This document shows positions 50,007-55,590 of a DNA stretch of 55,590 bases, piece after piece (the stretch's first letter is position 1; each line of letters starts with the position of its first letter). This DNA comes from Chromera velia (taxonomy: Eukaryota). The notes under the pieces were generated by a model, which made no database searches, was not told the DNA's origin, and worked only from the letters and a program-made list of their open reading frames with translations. Location: positions 1 through 55,590 of the forward strand of contig JAHBMJ010000139.1 of NCBI GenBank assembly GCA_018398765.1, given 5' to 3'. The translations under genes and the position numbers were made by a program.

Positions 50007-53000
50007 TGTAACATAATCAGTAGTCTAGTGGTAACGGAGCTCATATTCCAAGGCATAAAAGTAATGACACGAAGAAGGAGTGAACGGTTGGCTTGTTCTA
50101 GAAACGTTCATCCTAGAAGTCCTGCTTCAAAGTCTGGTTCTCCTAATAGTTAATCTGGATACCATGAACGCAAGCCGTCCTGAAGCTATATCGATTGGAG
50201 TGGCTACGGATGTGCACGCTTCCGCTCGGTCCCGCAAGGCAGGCTTATACGTTTTGTCAACGCCACCGACCGGTCCACGCTAACGCTTAGAGGCGGCGCA
50301 GCTACGAGCATTCACGTCACACATGCCCATCCTCCCAAGGCGTGTGTCCACACACGATCTCAGATCTCATACTCAATTCCAATCGCTTCATTTCTCCTTG
50401 ATGCTCTTTCCTTTCTCCCTCACATCAGATTCGAATCACACAAGAAGTCGGTATGCAACGACCGACATGGGTTGTTGGAGACTGCCACAAAGTTTAACAT
50501 GTGCGTGGAGTGCTAACCATTCATCTTGAACATCGCTGCCTTAAGTAAACAAGAACGGGATGACGGCGCGTGCAAGCGATCAGTCACCACAAGAAACTTC
50601 ATAAATCTGTCACTGCATATGAGCTCATGTAGAGATCGCCCCACAGCTAGTCATACACTTTCACTCATCATCCATCCAGTTACTCTGCAAACACTGAATG
50701 ATGACACCACAGGCACTCAAGAGGTGGTGTTTACGCTGTGGAGCTCTCCTCCCGCAAAGTGGTTCTGGTTCGACATGCATTAGGGAGAAAATACCAGAAA
50801 CACTTTTACAGTCGGAAAAGACAAAGAGATCCTACAAATGCACATGCCAACTCGCTTCAGATAGAAGGTACGCAAAAATATATAGAGAGAGATCAAATGT
50901 GCATGAGAAGATAAGAATCAAGACACAGAGAAAAGAATCTGCATCGAGATGCATCAAAAGAAGAATAAAGAGAGATAGAAAAACATGAGAGGAAGTGTCC
51001 TCGAGTCGTTCCATTCAGTGTCAGTGTGTCAGTGTATCAATCAGTGTATCAGTGTATCAATCAGTGTAGACCTCTCCCTCCTCATGGAAGAAGTGCGTTA
51101 GCAACTTTTCAAGCTGTTGTCTGTATTTCCTTTTTCTTCCTTCTTTTTCTACCTTTCCCTTGTTTTCATTCGTTCTTGTTCCACCTTTCGTTCGCTAAGC
51201 CTTTCATTTCTTCTTCTTCCACCCTTCATTCTCTTTTTTTCATTCATTCATTCATTCAATCATTCTTTCATTCATTCTTTTCTTCTTTTTTTTCTTTCCT
51301 TCTTTCTTTCTTTTTTTATTTATTTCTTTCTTTTTCTAAACAGCAAGGTGCAAGAAAGTCAAGGAAAAGGTTCAAGTAGCGAAGACGGACGGGGACAAGG
51401 TTAGAGACAAGACAAAGATAAGAACATTCATTCTTTCCTTCTCCATTCCATCCTTTTAGTCTTTCTTCATCTCTTCAATCCCTCTTCCATTCTCCTATCT
51501 CTCCTTCTCACCTTCATTCTTTCTGCTTCCTCTAATCTATTGTTTCCCGTTCTCTCCTGCACCGACAGATACTATCATACCAACCAGCATCCCATCTATT
51601 CATTTCTTTCTGTCATCTTCTTTTCTCTTCGTTTTTCTTCTCTTCTTTCTTCCGTTCTCTTCTTTCTCTTTTTTGTACTTTTACCTTGCACTGGACTCTG
51701 TTCGGTGGAGAAACATGGGGAATCATTCTCACCCACTGGGCGGATTAAATATGTACTTCTGAAGTCCTTGACCGAGAGCGTACATGGCGAGACTCGGCTC
51801 GTCTTTTCTTCTTCGACTCTAGATGCTCTACAGCTTCTAGCCTTCCAGATAGGCCTTGTACGTCTTTGCACGGCTTGTTTCGATCAGCCTACCATCATCG
51901 TCGGTACACTGCCAGGCCTCTGTGTGGCGCTACTATTAGTAAGTTAGGGGCACACACAGGCTTTTCAAATTTCTTCCGTTCATTAAGCAGCGCCAATCTT
52001 GATAAGCTGGGTGCGCTTTTCTGCCATTCTCGATCTCCTCTCTCTTTTTATGATCCCGCTGTTTCTGTTTATTCTTTTCTTCTTCTTTTCCTTAATTCTT
52101 TCTTCTTTCTGTTTAATTTTTTCTCGTCCTTCTACTCTTTTTCGTCCATTCTCTCCTACCGGGCGCCCTCACACGAAGTGAGTACTGAGGATTTCCAGGC
52201 GCTCTCGCTGACTGTCATTTCCCGTCTCCTCCTTTTTTATTTTATGAAAACGGAGACACAGGAACAATGCATACCTACAGTCAGCTGACTTGTTCTCTTC
52301 TTGTCTGGGATCTTGTCCGGGCGACCAGGTGTTCTCACACCCTGCCGTCTCCTCTTCTTTCGTTACTCTTCACGGCATGCCACCTGCCTCCACGAGAGGC
52401 AACCCAACCTCACAAAAGTCTATACGAAAGGAATCAGAAAGACTCAGACTCGTTTCTTCATGTACAGGTCAGCACGACCGGAAGTGTGGTCCATGCTCTG
52501 TCTGCCCGTTTTCTTAGTCACTCCTTGTTCTGTCGTGCCCTGCCCTCTCTGGAGTCTACAATAAGCAGCTCCTTCTCCTGATTTGCACAGGTCCCTACAC
52601 AACACGATAAGATGACTGAGAGGAGCACGCATAGAAACACTTCCTTTGCACTCCAATCTTATGTAGGCTTTCCATCGATCTGCCGTATCGAGTCCTCACC
52701 ATCAGACTAACAACAGTCCGAATTGACAACACCGTCTCACCCTTTTCGGACTCACAGTTTCTCTTTTCCTTCCTTCACTCTCGATTCACAGAGTCACCTA
52801 CCTCCTTCTCTTTCCATTTCTGTGGAAGCAATCTTTAGAGAGGGGACCAGAGAGAGGTTTTTCATCAGCACGCTCGATCTGTCATCAACGAGGCCTTTGT
52901 TCAGTCTCATCTTCCTGAGGTTTATATCTCAGGGAACACTAAGTCTTCCGAGGCCGATAGAACCTCACACACAGCCTCGGTAGAGAACCAATCACCACAG

Positions 53001-53607
53001 TGTTTTCCTCTTCTTCTGTGCTTCCATCGCAATAATCCACGTACACCAGTGGTCTGGCTTCATCTGGTTCTACCCTTCCTTGAAAAAAAATTCTCTCTCT
53101 GTAGATCACTATTCACGGTCTCTTTCCACAGGTAGTCATATTCTCTTCAAGTACAACACTTTTTCTTATGCGGCTCGCAAAGGAAGCCTTAGGACCAGAT
53201 CAATCCATCAGACCAACTGTTCTATGGAAGCATCACACTCAGTTTGAACAGGAAGAAATTTGTGACTCTGTCTGCCTTTGATTGAGACCACCTGTAACAT
53301 AATCAGTAGTTTAGCGGTAACGGAGCTCATATTCCAAGGCATAAAAGTAATGACACGAAAAAGGAGTAAACGGTTAGCTTGTTCTAGAAACGTTCATCCT
53401 AAAAGTCCTACTTCAAAGTTCGGTTCTCCTAATAGTCAATCTAGATGCCATGAATACAAGCCGTCCTGAAGCTATATCGATTAGAGTGGCTACGGGTGTG
53501 CGCGCTTCCGCTCGGTCCTGCAAGGCAGGCTCATACGTTCTGTTAACGCCACTAACCGGCCCACACCAACGCTTAGAGGCGGCGCAGCTACGAGCATTCA
53601 TGTCACA
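50007..53607 (-). mobile_element. Non-autonomous LTR retroelement (3.6 kb) with 315-bp LTRs
   Basis: Direct repeats 50007-50321 and 53293-53607 with TG…CA ends. On the minus strand a PBS-like TGGTCTCAATC follows the 5' LTR and a purine tract GGGAGGATGGG precedes the 3' LTR. The flanks TCCGA / TTCAA are a 5-bp TSD with two transitions. The internal minus-strand ORF is broken by TGA/TAG stops; no RT motif seen. Confidence 0.9.
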
Positions 53608-54519
53608 TTCAACATCATGTAAATGTTAGTATAAATGTTTAATCTACGGTTTCATTGAATCAACTAGGTCTTAAACATGCAAGAGGGGCGTAGGCCAGTC
53701 CCGTATGGGCCCTATGCATGCAGATCTACCCGCGTTTGGATTCAACTTTGGAATGTCATGGCATATAGGTCAGGGCCTGCTGTTATGCGGATCATGTACC
53801 TAATGACATGTATCTGCCGTCTTTCAGAGAAAATTTAATTCAAAAATTAAATACGCATGATTGTTTTTCATTCGAGTAGAAACAGAGTTCTCTTCATCTT
53901 TCTATTGGCAATGCGTGAAAGGTTATCATTCTGATTCGTTCAAAGGAAGTCAACTGCTAGGTCAACTGTTTGTTCTAAAGTATAAAGAAGTTCACTGTAT
54001 CCAGTCTTTTTTTTTTTTGTTTGCTTGTCAATCTTCGTATATCTTTATTACCCCTGCAGCTTTCTGTGAAGCTTGAAGGAGACCAAAGTCGTCACTGGAG
54101 AGGACGGGTTAGCCAAGATGGTCGTATTAGGTTATGTCTTAGGTCGTGTTATGGGTCTAGTTAATTGTAATACCGTTGTATTTCATTTAAAAGGGAATGG
54201 TAACTATGATGCGCTTTGTGTCGTTTATGCAAGCGGCAAACCATCTTATAGAAAGTCGTTTATTCATAAAGACAGTCTTAGAAATTACTTTAAGTTAGAA
54301 AGTCTCAGATGCATTAATTAGTGTTTTAAAACATTTTTTTCATATGTATTGATTTTAAGGTATCGAGTATCCTAGCAAGTATCGGTACTCCTCGATCCTC
54401 TTATACAGGTATGGAAGTATTGACGGTATCGGTACTTAACAGCTCTGGTCTGGCCTCTTTAGGTCAGCAATTGCTCAGGCGGCTTAGCGTGCTAGTTAAC
54501 GTGTTCTCATCTATGGGTC

Positions 54520-54697
54520 GGTGACTATTGCAATAGTTAGAATAGTGAACTATTTTAACTATATTTTCTGATAGTCGCTTCATTTTTAACTATAAAATAG
54601 TAAGAATAGTTAACTATTTCAACTATTTTTTCTAGTTATAGTTTACCATTTTGACTATAAAATATAGAGGTATAGCTATAGTTGCTATAGTCAACTA
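54520..54697. mobile_element. Short AT-rich foldback/MITE-like element
   Basis: Imperfect terminal inverted repeat (GTGACTATTGCAA / TTGCTATAGTCAA) with many internal AACTAT/ATAGTT motifs. Confidence 0.45.
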
Positions 54698-54699
54698 TT

Positions 54700-55590
54700 T
54701 GTTGACGAACCGACTCATAGATGCTTAGCTTTGCAAGGAGAAGAAAGAAACCGATCATGGAAGGAGAAGAAAGAAGAAAGAAAAAGGGAGAGGAAAGAAG
54801 AGCCAGCAGAAGCGCTGAGAGGGGAAGGAAGAAAGCAAATAAGAAAACTCAGAAGGATAAAGAGAAAAGTGAGAGAGGAAATCAGAGGCCTGAAAGCAGA
54901 AAGAGAGCAGAGGGATAAACGAGAAAATGAGAGCAGCACCTCAGCTCAGGAAGGAGAAAGATTGAGACAGGCATATGAGGAGAGGAGAAAACAGTTAGTC
55001 ATGATAGAGAGAGCGCTGAGAAACGCGGTGACGAGAGAGCAAAGGAAGGCAGAAAAGAGAAAGGTGGAGAACATAAGAGCCGAAATAAATGAAGGAGGCT
55101 GCTGGAAGGTGTGGAGGAGACTCGGTGAGGAAGACAGGAGGGCAGCACCAAGAAAAACAAAAGACAGCATGACGACCCAGCAGGTAGCAGAAGGTTTCAA
55201 ACAAACGTACGAGCTGCCAAAGGAAGAGAAAGAAGAGAGAAAGAGGGAACAAGAAAGAAAAACGACAGTGAGTAGAGCGATTAAGGAGAAAGGATGGCAC
55301 ATAGCAGAGGAAAAAGAGGTAAGGAAGGCAATGAAAAGAGCAGGCAACCCCAGAAAGGCCGCTGGGAAGGACGGAATGCCCCCAGGAATGCTGAGAACGA
55401 TGGAAAAATCGACTGAGCTGGTATCTTTGTATGTTTTGTTAATTAATGTTGCATATCGTTTTGGTTGGTGGCCGAAAGGGTGGAATGACTTGCCGGTGAC
55501 GGCCCTTCCAAAACCGGGTAAGTCACTCGCACTAATTGGGGGATGGAGGGGAGTGCACCTGGTGGTAGCAGATGCGAAATGGGGGGACAT
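54700..55590 (+). mobile_element. Non-LTR retrotransposon (LINE) ORF fragment running into the start of the reverse transcriptase, open at the window end
   Basis: Stop-free + frame absent from the ORF track: …WKVWRRL…EKEVRKAMKRAGNPRKAAGKDGMPPGML…LLINVAYRFGWWPKGWNDLPVTALPKPGKSLALIGGWRGVHL. These match non-LTR RT domain 0-2 motifs (KAxGxDG, PxxW, LPKPGK, WRxIxL). Confidence 0.9.

Noticed and set aside
54355..54450. GTATCGGTACT repeats resembling hAT subterminal motifs
   Set aside because: No matching opposite terminus or TSD could be located.
54946..55590. 214-aa hydrophobic minus-strand ORF
   Set aside because: Antisense shadow of the purine-rich LINE ORF on the plus strand.

Overview
Eukaryotic nuclear DNA with GT-AG introns full of (GT)n/(GA)n/(GAAG)n microsatellites, TGCATGCA motifs and a bipartite plastid leader. 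These features best fit a chromerid alveolate such as Chromera velia (inference). Spliced genes: a plastid-targeted TPR-like protein, the mitochondrial calcium uniporter MCU, an intron-containing Merlin/IS1595-type transposase whose catalytic Glu is changed to Lys, an RRM-like protein with six tandem VKRE sites and GLFG motifs, a multipass membrane protein, two secreted Cys-rich proteins, and a ~1413-aa fusion of a SufS-like cysteine desulfurase, a zinc finger and a TtcA-like tRNA thiolase. BUB3 is intronless. Between the genes lie AT-rich transposon graveyards: a hAT-like relic, a TIR element with an 8-bp TSD, a MITE with a 5-bp TSD, a 3.6-kb LTR element and a LINE fragment. The two strongest leads are (1) a RIP-like, almost purely C->T/G->A hypermutation of repeats (the LTR pair differs by ~27 transitions and no transversions, by hand count) and (2) the desulfurase-TtcA fusion, which hints at eukaryotic s2C tRNA thiolation. 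All exon models and alignments were done by eye.
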